This document shows positions 19,944-29,407 of a DNA stretch of 64,000 bases, in pieces. Numbering within the stretch: position 1 is the stretch's first letter; each line of letters opens with the position of its first letter. This stretch comes from an uncultured Oscillospiraceae bacterium (GTDB lineage Bacteria; Bacillota; Clostridia; Oscillospirales; CAG-382), in contig CAZAJX010000004.1 of assembly GCA_964485815.1 (NCBI GenBank), positions 2,417 to 66,416 of the forward strand, in the 5' to 3' direction. A model generated the notes under the pieces. The model was not told the origin of the DNA and did no database searches. It saw only the letters and a list, made by a program, of their open reading frames with translations. Made by a program: the position numbers and the translations under genes.

Positions 19944-22151
19944 ATGTCTGTAAGTTTTGAAAGCTTTATAGAAAAGTTAAAGCAAAACGGAGGCTACGAT
20001 ATAGCCAAGATTATAAAAGCATATGAATTCGCATACAGGATGCATGATGGACAGACCCGTATTTCAGGTGAGCCGTACATCATTCACCCTCTTTCCGTTG
20101 CGGATATCGTAGCCGATCTTCAGCTTGATACAGATTCTATATGTGCTGCCTTTTTGCACGATACCGTAGAGGATTGCGGTGAAAAGGTTACTCTTAACGT
20201 TATAAATAAGGAATTCGGAAGCGACGTTGCCGATCTTGTTGACGGCGTTACCAAGCTCGTTCACATCCGCTTTGAAACTAAGCAGGATGAAAGTATCGAA
20301 AATTTGCGTAAAATGTTCCTTGCAATGAGCAAGGATCTGCGTGTAATTTTTATAAAGCTTGCCGATCGTCTTCACAATATGCGTACTCTTGACGTACGCC
20401 GTGAGGAAAAACAGCGTGCCGTTGCATTGGAAACGATGCACGTTTACGCACCCTTGGCTCACCGCCTCGGTATCCAGAAGATAAAGCAGGAGCTTGAAAT
20501 GCTTGCCCTCAAATATCTGGATCCCATCGGTTTCCGTGAGGTTGAGGTAGACGTTGAAAAACGTTACGGCGAAAATAAAGGCTTTTTGGATCATTACAAA
20601 TCTCTGGTCGGCGCAAAGCTTGATGAAAACCATATCAAGTACCGTCTGGAAGGCCGTATAAAATCCATATATTCCATATACAAGAAAATGTATTCCGGTA
20701 GTAAAAGCTTTGAAGAAATCTACGATTTTTATGCTATACGTATAATTGTTGATACAGAGCTCGATTGCTACACCGCCTTGGGTATCATTCACGAAGCATT
20801 TAACTTTATTCCCGGCAGATTCAAGGATTATATTTCCACGCCAAAGCCCAACCTTTACCGTTCACTTCATACCACGGTTATAGGTAAAGAGGGTATTCCC
20901 GTCGAAGTACAGATCCGTACTTGGGAAATGCACCGTGAAGCCGAATACGGTCTTGCCGCCCATTGGAAATATAAATCCGGCGAGCAGGCGAAGGAGATCG
21001 TAGATCAAAAGCTTCAATGGATACGTACTCTGTTGGAAACCGAAAAGGATACCGACGATCCCGACGAATTCTACAGACCTCTTAAAATCGATCTTTTCGA
21101 AGACGAGATATTTGTGTTTACCCCCAAGGGCGACGTTATTAACCTTCCCACCAACGCAACTCCCATAGATTTTGCGTATGCAATTCACTCCGCCGTCGGA
21201 AATAAAATGGTAGGCGCCCGTGTCAACGGTAGTATCGTTCCCATAGATTCCATTCTTGAAAACGGTCAGATCGTCGAGGTTATTACTTCTTCCGCATCCA
21301 AAGGCCCCAGCAGAGATTGGCTTAAAATAGTTCGCTCCGGCGAAGCAAGGAATAAAATACGCCAGTATTTCAAAAAGGAAATGCGGGCAGAGAATATAAT
21401 TGTCGGTAAAACAGAAGTTGACCGTGAGCTTAAGCGTTACGGCAGAAGCTATTCGGAAGCGCAAAAGAACGAGATAGTTTCAAACGTCGCTGCCCGTATC
21501 AGCCTGCCCGATCCCGATGATCTTTATAATAATATAGGCTACGGCGGACTTTCTATCAGCAAGATCGCCGCAAAATTGAAAGATGAATTTACCCGCGTGG
21601 TGTGTCCTCCCGAGCCTGTGGAAGAAGTGCCGGTACCCGAAAAGCCTGCAGCTCCCAGAGGAAGAATCACAAATTCGCAATCCGTAATTATTGACAGCGT
21701 TTCGGGATGTGAAGTTAAATTTGCAAAATGCTGTAATCCTCTTCCCGGCGATAGTATTATCGGATTTATCACCAAAGGCTACGGTGTTTCTATCCACAAG
21801 TACGATTGTCCCAACGCGCAGGCGGGCTTGCAAAAGCCCGAGGATAAAGACAGATGGGTGGTCGCTTCCTGGTCCGAGCAGATCGAAAAGAGGGAAGTCG
21901 GTAAGTTTGATGCGGTGTTAAACGTGTATGCGGATTATTCTTCCGCATTGTTTGCGGATATTTCCGTTCAGCTCAAAAATATGTCTGTTGATATTATTTC
22001 CATATCATCAAAGGAAAATATAGGCAGTTGTCTGCTTACCGTTGTTATCAAGTGCAGCAGTATCGACCATCTGCACAGCATAATGTCCCAGTTGCGTAAT
22101 GTACCTAACGTGCGCGACGTTACCCGCGGCAGTGAAGGCAGGGGAGTATAA
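19944..22151 (+). CDS. relA: bifunctional (p)ppGpp synthetase/hydrolase (RelA/SpoT homologue)
   Basis: HD hydrolase (HDTVED), synthetase (YRSLHT), TGS and C-terminal ACT regions; 735 aa. Confidence 0.95.
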   Translation: MSVSFESFIEKLKQNGGYDIAKIIKAYEFAYRMHDGQTRISGEPYIIHPLSVADIVADLQLDTDSICAAFLHDTVEDCGEKVTLNVINKEFGSDVADLVDGVTKLVHIRFETKQDESIENLRKMFLAMSKDLRVIFIKLADRLHNMRTLDVRREEKQRAVALETMHVYAPLAHRLGIQKIKQELEMLALKYLDPIGFREVEVDVEKRYGENKGFLDHYKSLVGAKLDENHIKYRLEGRIKSIYSIYKKMYSGSKSFEEIYDFYAIRIIVDTELDCYTALGIIHEAFNFIPGRFKDYISTPKPNLYRSLHTTVIGKEGIPVEVQIRTWEMHREAEYGLAAHWKYKSGEQAKEIVDQKLQWIRTLLETEKDTDDPDEFYRPLKIDLFEDEIFVFTPKGDVINLPTNATPIDFAYAIHSAVGNKMVGARVNGSIVPIDSILENGQIVEVITSSASKGPSRDWLKIVRSGEARNKIRQYFKKEMRAENIIVGKTEVDRELKRYGRSYSEAQKNEIVSNVAARISLPDPDDLYNNIGYGGLSISKIAAKLKDEFTRVVCPPEPVEEVPVPEKPAAPRGRITNSQSVIIDSVSGCEVKFAKCCNPLPGDSIIGFITKGYGVSIHKYDCPNAQAGLQKPEDKDRWVVASWSEQIEKREVGKFDAVLNVYADYSSALFADISVQLKNMSVDIISISSKENIGSCLLTVVIKCSSIDHLHSIMSQLRNVPNVRDVTRGSEGRGV

Positions 22152-22595
22152 ATGAAAATTGTCATTCAGCGTGTGCTTTCCGCCTCTTGCGCTGTGGAAG
22201 GAGAGCATATATCAAATATCGGTATAGGTCTTTTGGTGTTTTGCGGTGTAACCGCAACCGATACCGAGGAGGATATTAAAAAAGCGGCGAAAAAAATATC
22301 GGGAATGCGTATCTTCCGCAATGATGCGGGTAAGATGTCATTGTCGGTCGGTGACGTGGGAGGAAGTGTAATGCTTATCTCCAATTTCACCCTTTGCGCC
22401 GATTGTTCACACGGCAGACGGCCCGAGTTTTTGTCTGCCGCACCCGCCGCCAAGGCAGAGGAATATTACAATAAATTAGCCGCTATGATCGGGGAATCCC
22501 TTCCCGTTGTGTGCGGCGTTTTCGGAGGAGATATGCGTATCAGTGCGGAAAACTTCGGTCCCGTTACTGTATACCTTGATACTGCTTCTTTATGA
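22152..22595 (+). CDS. dtd: D-aminoacyl-tRNA deacylase
   Basis: MKIVIQRV N-terminus and SNFTL motif; 147 aa; conserved relA-dtd adjacency. Confidence 0.9.
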   Translation: MKIVIQRVLSASCAVEGEHISNIGIGLLVFCGVTATDTEEDIKKAAKKISGMRIFRNDAGKMSLSVGDVGGSVMLISNFTLCADCSHGRRPEFLSAAPAAKAEEYYNKLAAMIGESLPVVCGVFGGDMRISAENFGPVTVYLDTASL

Positions 22596-24079
22596 AACTT
22601 ACAATAAATAATTCCACAGGTCTGTTAAACGATTATTATTTTCAGACACTTTCTCTACTTTATTTCCCCGGTGAAAAATTCCCCACCGGGGTCGATTTAA
22701 GTCCCAACAGCGCGGAATATTACTTGGAAAAGCGGGGTAACGGTTATTACGGAAAAGCCGTGTTACATACCGCTTTCGCTTGTGAGCAGGGTGAATTTTG
22801 TACCGATGGATACGATTTTTCCGTTCCCGTACACGATGAACTCAATGCTCAGTGTGCAATCGGAAAAGCGTTTCTCGTTGCAGGCGAAAAGCTGTTTGGG
22901 TTTTCACTTCCTTGGGGTTATATTACCGGTCTTCGCCCCGTAAAACGGGCAAGATTTTACCTTGATAAAGGATACGATGACGAAACCGTAACCCGTCTTT
23001 TTGTAAAGGACCATAATATTTCCAAAGAAAAAACCGAGCTTTCCATTCGTACTGCTCATAATGAGATCCGTATGCTTAAGGACGTGGGCGAAAAAACGGC
23101 AGGACTTTATATTTCCATACCTTTTTGCCCCACAAGATGTCAGTACTGCTCTTTCGTTTCGTATTCAACTCCCAGACTTTTAAAAATGCTTCCCGAATAC
23201 GTTGAGCTTCTTATAAAGGATATTAAGTCTACCGCCGCAGTGCTGTCGGAAATAGGAGTAAAGCTTTCCGCAATTTACGTTGGCGGAGGTACACCCTCCA
23301 TTCTTTCGCCGGAGCAGACCCGCCGTGTTCTCGGTACCGTTACAGATAATTTCGATCTTTCGTCTTTGCGGGAATTTACCTTTGAAGCGGGCAGACCGGA
23401 TACTATTACCGCAGACAAGCTTATAGCGGCAAAAGAAAACGGCGTGTCCCGTGTAAGCATTAATCCCCAAAGCCTTAACGAGAACGTCCTCCGCGCCATC
23501 GGACGACAGCATACCACACAGCAGTTTTTTGATGCGTACGAGATTGCCCGCGATATCGGGTTTGACAGTATCAACGCCGATCTTATCGCAGGACTTCCCG
23601 AAGATACGTTCGAAACCTTTTGTTCCAGTTTTGAGAAGGTGCTCTCTATGGGCTTCGAGAATATAACTTTACATACCCTCAGCATAAAAAATGCCGCCGC
23701 ATTGCGTTTTTCCAAGGAAAACGTTTACGATCCTTCGGGAAAGCTTGCGATTTCCTGCGTGCAATATGTTTATGACCGTATGCTTGAAAGCGGTATGGAG
23801 CCTTATTATCTGTACAGACAGAAAAATACCGTCGGTAATGCGGAAAATACGGGATATTCCGTTCCCGGTAAAGAGAATTTGTATAATATCCTTATGATGG
23901 AGGAGCACTCCAGCGTCTTTGCCTGCGGTGCGGGCGCAATAACCAAGCTGGTTTCTCCCGATGAAGAGATAATCGACCGTATCGCCCACCAGAAGTATCC
24001 GTACGAGTATCTTGATACTCCTAAGGGAATCGGTGAAGATAGGATAAAAAAGTTTTATGAGCAGCATTTTGGGTGCTGA
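22592..24079 (+). CDS. hemZ: HemZ-type radical SAM protein (coproporphyrinogen dehydrogenase-like)
   Basis: Radical SAM cluster CPTRCQYC and a HemN-like C-terminal half; 495 aa. Confidence 0.7.
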   Translation: MKLTINNSTGLLNDYYFQTLSLLYFPGEKFPTGVDLSPNSAEYYLEKRGNGYYGKAVLHTAFACEQGEFCTDGYDFSVPVHDELNAQCAIGKAFLVAGEKLFGFSLPWGYITGLRPVKRARFYLDKGYDDETVTRLFVKDHNISKEKTELSIRTAHNEIRMLKDVGEKTAGLYISIPFCPTRCQYCSFVSYSTPRLLKMLPEYVELLIKDIKSTAAVLSEIGVKLSAIYVGGGTPSILSPEQTRRVLGTVTDNFDLSSLREFTFEAGRPDTITADKLIAAKENGVSRVSINPQSLNENVLRAIGRQHTTQQFFDAYEIARDIGFDSINADLIAGLPEDTFETFCSSFEKVLSMGFENITLHTLSIKNAAALRFSKENVYDPSGKLAISCVQYVYDRMLESGMEPYYLYRQKNTVGNAENTGYSVPGKENLYNILMMEEHSSVFACGAGAITKLVSPDEEIIDRIAHQKYPYEYLDTPKGIGEDRIKKFYEQHFGC

Positions 24080-24110
24080 TATGTTGTGTTTCGTTTAATG
24101 AAAGGACGTT

Positions 24111-25790
24111 ATGAGTAATATAGACAAGTCTTCCAAAAGCTTTGTAGCGGAAGCCGCCATAATTTCTGTTTCAAATTTTGCCGTCAAGCTTGTAGGCGTG
24201 CTTTTTAAAATTCCTCTTGCCAATCAGCTCGGGGAGTTTATGGGTGTTTTTAACGCCGCATATTCCATATACGCAATGCTTTTTATGATCTCCACCTCGG
24301 GACTTCCCGTAGCGGTATCAAAGCTCGTTGCCATTGCAAAGGAAAAGGGAAGACGCCGTGAAGCCTCTCAGGTATTCCGTACCTGCGCCTTAACCTTCGG
24401 CACCATCGGCTTTCTTTGTTCTTTGGGAATGTTTTTGGGTGCGGATATAATTTGTGATATCACTGCACATCCCGGTGCGGAGATACCTATGCGTGTTATC
24501 TCTCCCACTTTGTTTATTATTTGTATAACTGCATCTATACGAGGTTATTTTCAGGGACTTCGCAAAATGGTTCCCACCGCCGTTTCCAATTTTATCGAAG
24601 CGGTGTTAAAGCTCATTCTGGGCTTGGGCGGTGCGGCGTTTGCCGCTTCAAGAGGTTGGAGCGGACCCGTGCAGGCAGCGTTTGCGGTTTCGGGAATTTC
24701 TATCGGTGTTGTCGTAGGTACTGTTTATCTTGCTATTTGCTATTACAAACAGCGCAACGCCAATATTCCCGATACAGATCCTACCGTTTCTCCCCGTTCA
24801 ACTCTCGCAAAAGCAGCCCTTCGCGTTGCTATCCCCGTAACGTTGGCAGGCTCCGCTTTGTATTTCTCCACCTTCTTCGATACGGTTGTTATCAATAACC
24901 GCCTTATCGCATCCGGCTTTACAGAAGAAATGGCAGATAGACTTTATACCGCATATACGACCCTTGCGATCTCTATATCGGATCTCGTTCCGTCCACGCT
25001 GGTGTATCCCATAGCGTTAAGTATACTTCCCGCTATGACCGCCGCTTTGGAGGGAAAGCGTACCAAAGAGGTAAGAGGATACATACATTCCTCTATCCGA
25101 ATATCGGGAATTATCGCTATTCCCAGCGCCTTCGGCCTTGCGGTTCTTGCCCGTCCCGTTATACAGATGATATATTTCGGCTCTCTTTCCAAAGAAATAA
25201 CCCTGCTGGACGGAACAACGGTTATGCCCATTGACGTAGGTGCAGCGTCGCTTGCAATTTTGTCTGCGGGAATAGTATTTCTTTCCCTTATGTCCACTAC
25301 CAACGCATTACTCCACTCTTACGGCAAAAATTTCCTTCCCGTAGTTTCCATAACCGTAGGTATAGTATTGCTTATAATCACGGAAACGTTGTTGGTTGGA
25401 ATCCCCGCCGTGGGAATATACGGTGCGCCTATCGCTTCCTTGATATGCTATATGACCGCTACCTTCCTGAATATGCGCGCTGTACGTAAGGTTTCGGGAA
25501 TGCGGCTCCACCCCGTAAAACTGTTTGGCAAGCCCGTGATCTGCTCGGTGCTGTGCGCCCTTGCGGCATTTGGCGGATATTCTCTGTCCAAGCTGTTTGT
25601 TGACGGTTCTTCCCGTCTTGATAACATAGTAATGTTCGTTTTCGGCGTTATCCCCGGTGTTGTGGTCTATGTAGCGACTATGCTGGCGTTCAAGGGAATT
25701 ACCGCAACAGAGGTAAGATTGCTTCCTTTCGGCAATCGCATTGCCGCAATATTTATAAAATGCGGCTTTCTTAAGGAGAGTGTAAAATGA
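24111..25790 (+). CDS. MOP-superfamily flippase (MurJ/SpoVB/YabM-like polysaccharide biosynthesis protein)
   Basis: 559 aa, about 14 predicted TM helices. Occupies the position of B. subtilis yabM, directly upstream of mazG. Confidence 0.75.
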   Translation: MSNIDKSSKSFVAEAAIISVSNFAVKLVGVLFKIPLANQLGEFMGVFNAAYSIYAMLFMISTSGLPVAVSKLVAIAKEKGRRREASQVFRTCALTFGTIGFLCSLGMFLGADIICDITAHPGAEIPMRVISPTLFIICITASIRGYFQGLRKMVPTAVSNFIEAVLKLILGLGGAAFAASRGWSGPVQAAFAVSGISIGVVVGTVYLAICYYKQRNANIPDTDPTVSPRSTLAKAALRVAIPVTLAGSALYFSTFFDTVVINNRLIASGFTEEMADRLYTAYTTLAISISDLVPSTLVYPIALSILPAMTAALEGKRTKEVRGYIHSSIRISGIIAIPSAFGLAVLARPVIQMIYFGSLSKEITLLDGTTVMPIDVGAASLAILSAGIVFLSLMSTTNALLHSYGKNFLPVVSITVGIVLLIITETLLVGIPAVGIYGAPIASLICYMTATFLNMRAVRKVSGMRLHPVKLFGKPVICSVLCALAAFGGYSLSKLFVDGSSRLDNIVMFVFGVIPGVVVYVATMLAFKGITATEVRLLPFGNRIAAIFIKCGFLKESVK

Positions 25791-26596
25791 ACGAAAATGC
25801 AAAACAGTTTGTAAATAAAGAAAGATATACCGTACAAGACCTTTGCGAGATCGTAAAAATACTTCGCGGTGAGGACGGTTGCCCTTGGGACAGAGAGCAG
25901 ACCCACCAAAGTATAAGAAGAGATCTCATCGAAGAATGCTATGAGGTAGTGGAAGGTATCGATAATAACGATCCCGTGCTTATGTGCGAGGAGTTGGGAG
26001 ATCTGCTTTTGCAGGTGGTTTTCCATGCTCAAATAGGCGCTGAAGATAAACAGTTCGATATGAGCGACGTGGCAGATGGAATTTGCCGCAAGCTCGTTCT
26101 CCGCCATCCCCATGTGTTTGCAGACGTAAACGCAGATACCTCTGAAAAAGTGCTGGAAAATTGGGATAAGATAAAAAAGCAGGAAAAGCAGAGGCTGTCT
26201 GTTTCCGACGAAATGTACGCTATTCCTCCCGCGCTTCCCGCACTTATGCGTGCAAATAAAGTAGGTAAAAAATCCGGCAAAGCAAATTTTGATTTTCCTA
26301 CGGACGAAGAAGCCTTTGCCAAGGTAACCGAAGAGCTTAACGAGCTTTACGAAGCACATACGAGCGGAACCAAGGAGCAGGTTGCTGACGAAATGGGAGA
26401 TCTGCTGTTCTCCGTGGTCAATGTTTCAAGAAAAGTAGGGGTGGAACCCGAGGAAGCCTTGACAAGAGCTACCGAAAAATTTATGAAGAGATTTCAAAAA
26501 CTCGAACTTGCGGCTTCGGAAAGCGGTAAGTGTCTTGCGGATATGTCTGCCGAAGAGGCGGACGAGCTGTGGGAGCGCATAAAAAACCACGATTAA
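25787..26596 (+). CDS. mazG: nucleoside triphosphate pyrophosphohydrolase MazG
   Basis: Two MazG repeats with EExxE-type motifs (EELGDLLLQV, DEMGDLLFSV). Confidence 0.85.
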   Translation: MNENAKQFVNKERYTVQDLCEIVKILRGEDGCPWDREQTHQSIRRDLIEECYEVVEGIDNNDPVLMCEELGDLLLQVVFHAQIGAEDKQFDMSDVADGICRKLVLRHPHVFADVNADTSEKVLENWDKIKKQEKQRLSVSDEMYAIPPALPALMRANKVGKKSGKANFDFPTDEEAFAKVTEELNELYEAHTSGTKEQVADEMGDLLFSVVNVSRKVGVEPEEALTRATEKFMKRFQKLELAASESGKCLADMSAEEADELWERIKNHD

Positions 26597-26631
26597 AAGT
26601 ACTTTTTTTCAAAAAAAGTCGAAAATAGCTA

Positions 26632-26660
26632 TTGAAAAATCAAAAAAATAATGATATACT
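26632..26660 (+). promoter_or_regulatory. candidate sigma-A promoter of hup (TTGAAA-17 bp-TATACT)
   Basis: TTGAAA at 26632-26637, 17-nt spacer, TATACT at 26655-26660. Confidence 0.5.
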
Positions 26661-26703
26661 GTGTCAAGCGAAAGCAAAGGACATTATGAAAGGAGTTCAT
26701 TTT

Positions 26704-26979
26704 ATGAACAAGATCACATTGGCAGACGTTGCAGCAAACGCTGCAGGTATTAAGAAGAAGGATGCAGAAGTAGCAGTTAACGCAATTTTCGCAGCTATGG
26801 CTAACGAACTCGCAGCAGGCGGCAAGGTTCAGATCGCAGGCTTCGGCAACTTCAAAATGAAGGAAAGAGTAGAGCGCGTAGGCAGAAATCCCAAGTCCCA
26901 CGAGCCCATCGTTATTCCTTCCGCTAAGGTAGTTAACTTCACTGCAGGTAAGCAGCTTAAAGAGCTTCTTAACAAGTAA
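26704..26979 (+). CDS. hup: DNA-binding protein HU
   Basis: ORF trimmed to ATG 26704 after AAAGGAG. Shows the 91-aa HU signature (GFGNFKMKERVERVGRNPKSHEPIVIP). Confidence 0.9.
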   Translation: MNKITLADVAANAAGIKKKDAEVAVNAIFAAMANELAAGGKVQIAGFGNFKMKERVERVGRNPKSHEPIVIPSAKVVNFTAGKQLKELLNK

Positions 26980-27005
26980 TCAGTGTTTATGAGGTATGAG
27001 GTCTT

Positions 27006-27248
27006 ATGCGGCTGGATAAATTTTTAAAGGTTTCTCGTGTAATAAAGCGCAGAACAATCGCCAACGAAGCGTGCGACAGCAGCTATGTGGCTGTTAACGG
27101 TCTTCCCGCTAAGGCCTCCTACAATGTTAAGATAGGGGATGTTATTACCGTTTCATTCGGTAACAGAACCACTTCGTTCCGCGTTCTCGGTCTTAACGAG
27201 CACACCACAAAAGCAGAAGCAAGTTCAATGTACGAAATAACGGAATGA
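27006..27248 (+). CDS. S4 domain RNA-binding protein (YabO-like)
   Basis: MRLDKFLKVSRVIKRRT S4 motif; 80 aa; syntenic with B. subtilis yabO. Confidence 0.8.
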   Translation: MRLDKFLKVSRVIKRRTIANEACDSSYVAVNGLPAKASYNVKIGDVITVSFGNRTTSFRVLGLNEHTTKAEASSMYEITE

Positions 27249-27294
27249 TATTTATCGGTGCTTCATATATTTAGATTATGGAGCGTGAGAGATA

Positions 27295-27555
27295 TTGAAC
27301 GAAAGAAAACATTCCGTTACTTGTACTGCGCGTGATATTACTCTTGTTACCGCAGTATACGATATTATCAGTTTTGATGATACGCAGGTCAGCCTTTCTC
27401 TGGGAGAGGATACCATCCTTTCCGTCAGCGGAACGGGCTTGACACTTCGCCGCCTCTCTCTTGAAACGGGCGAGGTGGATATTTCCGGCAGGATAGAAGC
27501 TATAGTTTATCTTGATGGCGGCATAAAACAAAAGAAACGCCGTCTGTTCGGCTGA
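27295..27555 (+). CDS. yabP: sporulation protein YabP
   Basis: 86 aa with YabP-like pattern (ITLVTAVYDIISFDD...LSVSGTGLTL...ISGRIEAIVY); TTG start; stop overlaps the yabQ start. Confidence 0.75.
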   Translation: MNERKHSVTCTARDITLVTAVYDIISFDDTQVSLSLGEDTILSVSGTGLTLRRLSLETGEVDISGRIEAIVYLDGGIKQKKRRLFG

Positions 27556-27995
27556 TGGAAGTCGATTACCGCGCACAACTGCTCTTGGCGTTGTATTCCG
27601 TTCCCACGGGTTTGTTTTTGGGAGCGGTATACGATATACTCAGGTTGGCGCGTTTACCTTTCGGAAAGATCGGCGTGTTTTTTACCGATATCCTGCAAAC
27701 ATTTCTGTGCTTTTTAGCGGTGCAGATATTGCTTTTTAATTTTTGGAACGGCAAAATTCGCGTTTATCCCTTTTTTATTTGTTTTTTAAGCTTTGTTTTA
27801 TACAGAGCTACCATTGGCAGACTCACTACTGCCGCATATTTGAAATTGAGTTCGTATATAAAACCGCGGTTCTTATATAAAGTCGCCGTGGTTAGAGGAT
27901 ATATTTATAAAAAGCGGTTGCTTAAGCAGGCATCCGTCGGATTCGGGATCAAACTCCCGCGGAGGAAAAGAAGTGGCAAAAAGAACACGGCCTAA
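27555..27995 (+). CDS. yabQ: spore cortex biosynthesis protein YabQ
   Basis: 146-aa multi-TM protein with a basic tail, in the yabP-yabQ-divIC position. Confidence 0.6.
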   Translation: MEVDYRAQLLLALYSVPTGLFLGAVYDILRLARLPFGKIGVFFTDILQTFLCFLAVQILLFNFWNGKIRVYPFFICFLSFVLYRATIGRLTTAAYLKLSSYIKPRFLYKVAVVRGYIYKKRLLKQASVGFGIKLPRRKRSGKKNTA

Positions 27996-28254
27996 TATGG
28001 TTATGAAGCTTGCCTTTGTTTGCGTTTTGGGCTTCTTGGTTATTTCGGTTATACAGCTTCAGGTCGAGCTTAAAGAACTGCGCCAACGCAAGGCGGAGCA
28101 GGAAATTCTTGTGCAAACACTTGAGGATGATATTACCGAGCTCACCATAAGACTCAACACCCCTATATCCGATGAATATATTGAGCGTGTAGCCCGTGCA
28201 CACGGTTACCGAATGCCTAACGAGATCATTTTTTATAACGATATTGCGGATTAG
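27973..28254 (+). CDS. divIC: septum formation initiator (DivIC/FtsB family)
   Basis: Single N-terminal TM followed by a coiled coil (QLQVELKELRQRKAEQEILVQTLEDDITEL). GTG start after GGAGGAAAAGAA. Confidence 0.65.
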   Translation: MAKRTRPNMVMKLAFVCVLGFLVISVIQLQVELKELRQRKAEQEILVQTLEDDITELTIRLNTPISDEYIERVARAHGYRMPNEIIFYNDIAD

Positions 28255-28265
28255 AGGTTGAGCCG

Positions 28266-28664
28266 GTGGTACTTGATGAAATTGTAAAAGGCAAAGTAAC
28301 GGGAATAACCAAGTTTGGCGCTTTCGTTTCTATGGAAGGCGGCAAGAACGGAATGGTACATATTTCCGAAATAGCGGACGGATTTGTTAAAGATATTAAC
28401 GATCATATTCACATCGGTGACGAAGTCGAAGCTATGGTCGTAAGCATTGATGAAAACGGCAGGATAGGTCTGTCTATTAAAAAGTGCTTGGCTTTAAAAG
28501 CACGCACCGCCCCTCCGCCTATGTTTGACGAAGGTATGCCCGCACCGGATACCGATTTCGAGAATATGATGAAACGGTTCAAGGCTGTGAGCAACGATAA
28601 GCAAGCGGATATTAAGCGCGGCTTTGAGTCCAAGCGCGGCACCGGAAAAAGAGGAAGGAAATAA
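28266..28664 (+). CDS. S1 RNA-binding domain protein (YabR-like)
   Basis: S1 fold motif (KGKVTGITKFGAFVSMEGGKNGMVHISE); GTG start; 132 aa. Confidence 0.8.
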   Translation: MVLDEIVKGKVTGITKFGAFVSMEGGKNGMVHISEIADGFVKDINDHIHIGDEVEAMVVSIDENGRIGLSIKKCLALKARTAPPPMFDEGMPAPDTDFENMMKRFKAVSNDKQADIKRGFESKRGTGKRGRK

Positions 28665-28667
28665 TTT

Positions 28668-28697
28668 AAATCCCGTATATGCGGGATTTTTTTATTT
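28668..28697 (+). terminator. intrinsic terminator after the S1-domain gene
   Basis: Stem AAATCCCG (28668-28675) pairs with CGGGATTT (28682-28689). A T-run follows. Confidence 0.7.
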
Positions 28698-28734
28698 TGA
28701 TAACAACTTGATAACAACTGTGTTTTATTATATA
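28698..28734 (+). promoter_or_regulatory. tandem 11-bp direct repeats (TGATAACAACT x2), 6-nt spacer, TATTATATA; candidate response-regulator box and promoter of the two-component operon
   Basis: Perfect repeats at 28698-28708 and 28709-28719. GTGTTT spacer, then TATTAT at 28726-28731. The same architecture recurs at 30755-30802. Confidence 0.5.
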
Positions 28735-28756
28735 AAGCATAAAGGAGCGTTGTAAA

Positions 28757-29404
28757 ATGGCGAATATTCTTATTGCAGAAGACGAAATGAGTATAAGCAA
28801 CCTTATAAAAATGAATCTCGCTTTGGTGGGGTACAGTTGCGCTCAGGCTTTTGACGGGAATTCCGCTTTGCATATGGCAAATTCTTCCCGTTTTGATCTC
28901 ATAATACTGGACGTAATGCTTCCGGGAATATCCGGCTTCGACCTTATTACTCGGTTAAATAATACACCCGTTATCTTTGTAACCGCAAAAAGCGGGTTGG
29001 AGGACAGAATTCGGGGCTTGCGGTTGGGAGCAGATGATTATATCACAAAACCCTTTGAAATACTTGAGCTTGTTACACGGGTAGACGTTGTGCTGAGAAG
29101 AACAAAGGCAGTTTCTCATTCCTTTGAATTTGATGATATCCGAATAGATTTCGATTGCAAAAAGGTTTTTAAGAAAGGAACAGAAATAAATTTAAAACCC
29201 AAAGAATTTGATCTTCTCGGTGCGTTGGTAAAGAACCGAAATATCGCGCTTTCGAGAGAAAAACTCCTTGAAATAGTGTGGGATTATGACTATGAAGGCG
29301 ACACCCGTACAGTTGATGTACATATTCAAAAACTACGCAAAAAACTGGATATAGAAGAACGGTTAAAAACCGTATATAAGACAGGATACAGACTGGAGGT
29401 GTGA
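28757..29404 (+). CDS. OmpR/PhoB-family response regulator
   Basis: Receiver domain (ILIAEDE, DLIILDVMLPG) plus a winged-helix output (RTVDVHIQKLRKKL). Confidence 0.9.
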   Translation: MANILIAEDEMSISNLIKMNLALVGYSCAQAFDGNSALHMANSSRFDLIILDVMLPGISGFDLITRLNNTPVIFVTAKSGLEDRIRGLRLGADDYITKPFEILELVTRVDVVLRRTKAVSHSFEFDDIRIDFDCKKVFKKGTEINLKPKEFDLLGALVKNRNIALSREKLLEIVWDYDYEGDTRTVDVHIQKLRKKLDIEERLKTVYKTGYRLEV

Positions 29405-29407
29405 TAT

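Noticed and set aside
21775-21790. A DnaA-box-like TATCCACA inside relA.
   Set aside because: It is a single intragenic occurrence with no cluster or AT-rich unwinding element, so it is chance.
26601-26619. An AT-only palindrome ACTTTTTTT-C-AAAAAAAGT after mazG as a possible terminator.
   Set aside because: The 1-nt loop and all-A/T stem make it an unlikely stable hairpin. It is probably just AT-rich spacer before the hup promoter.
27247-27272. A possible sporulation (sigma-E-type) promoter upstream of yabP: ATATT at 27248-27252 and CATATATT at 27264-27271.
   Set aside because: The hexamers resemble the sigma-E consensus only loosely, and the 11-nt spacing does not clearly fit what I remember of it. 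I cannot support it from the sequence alone.
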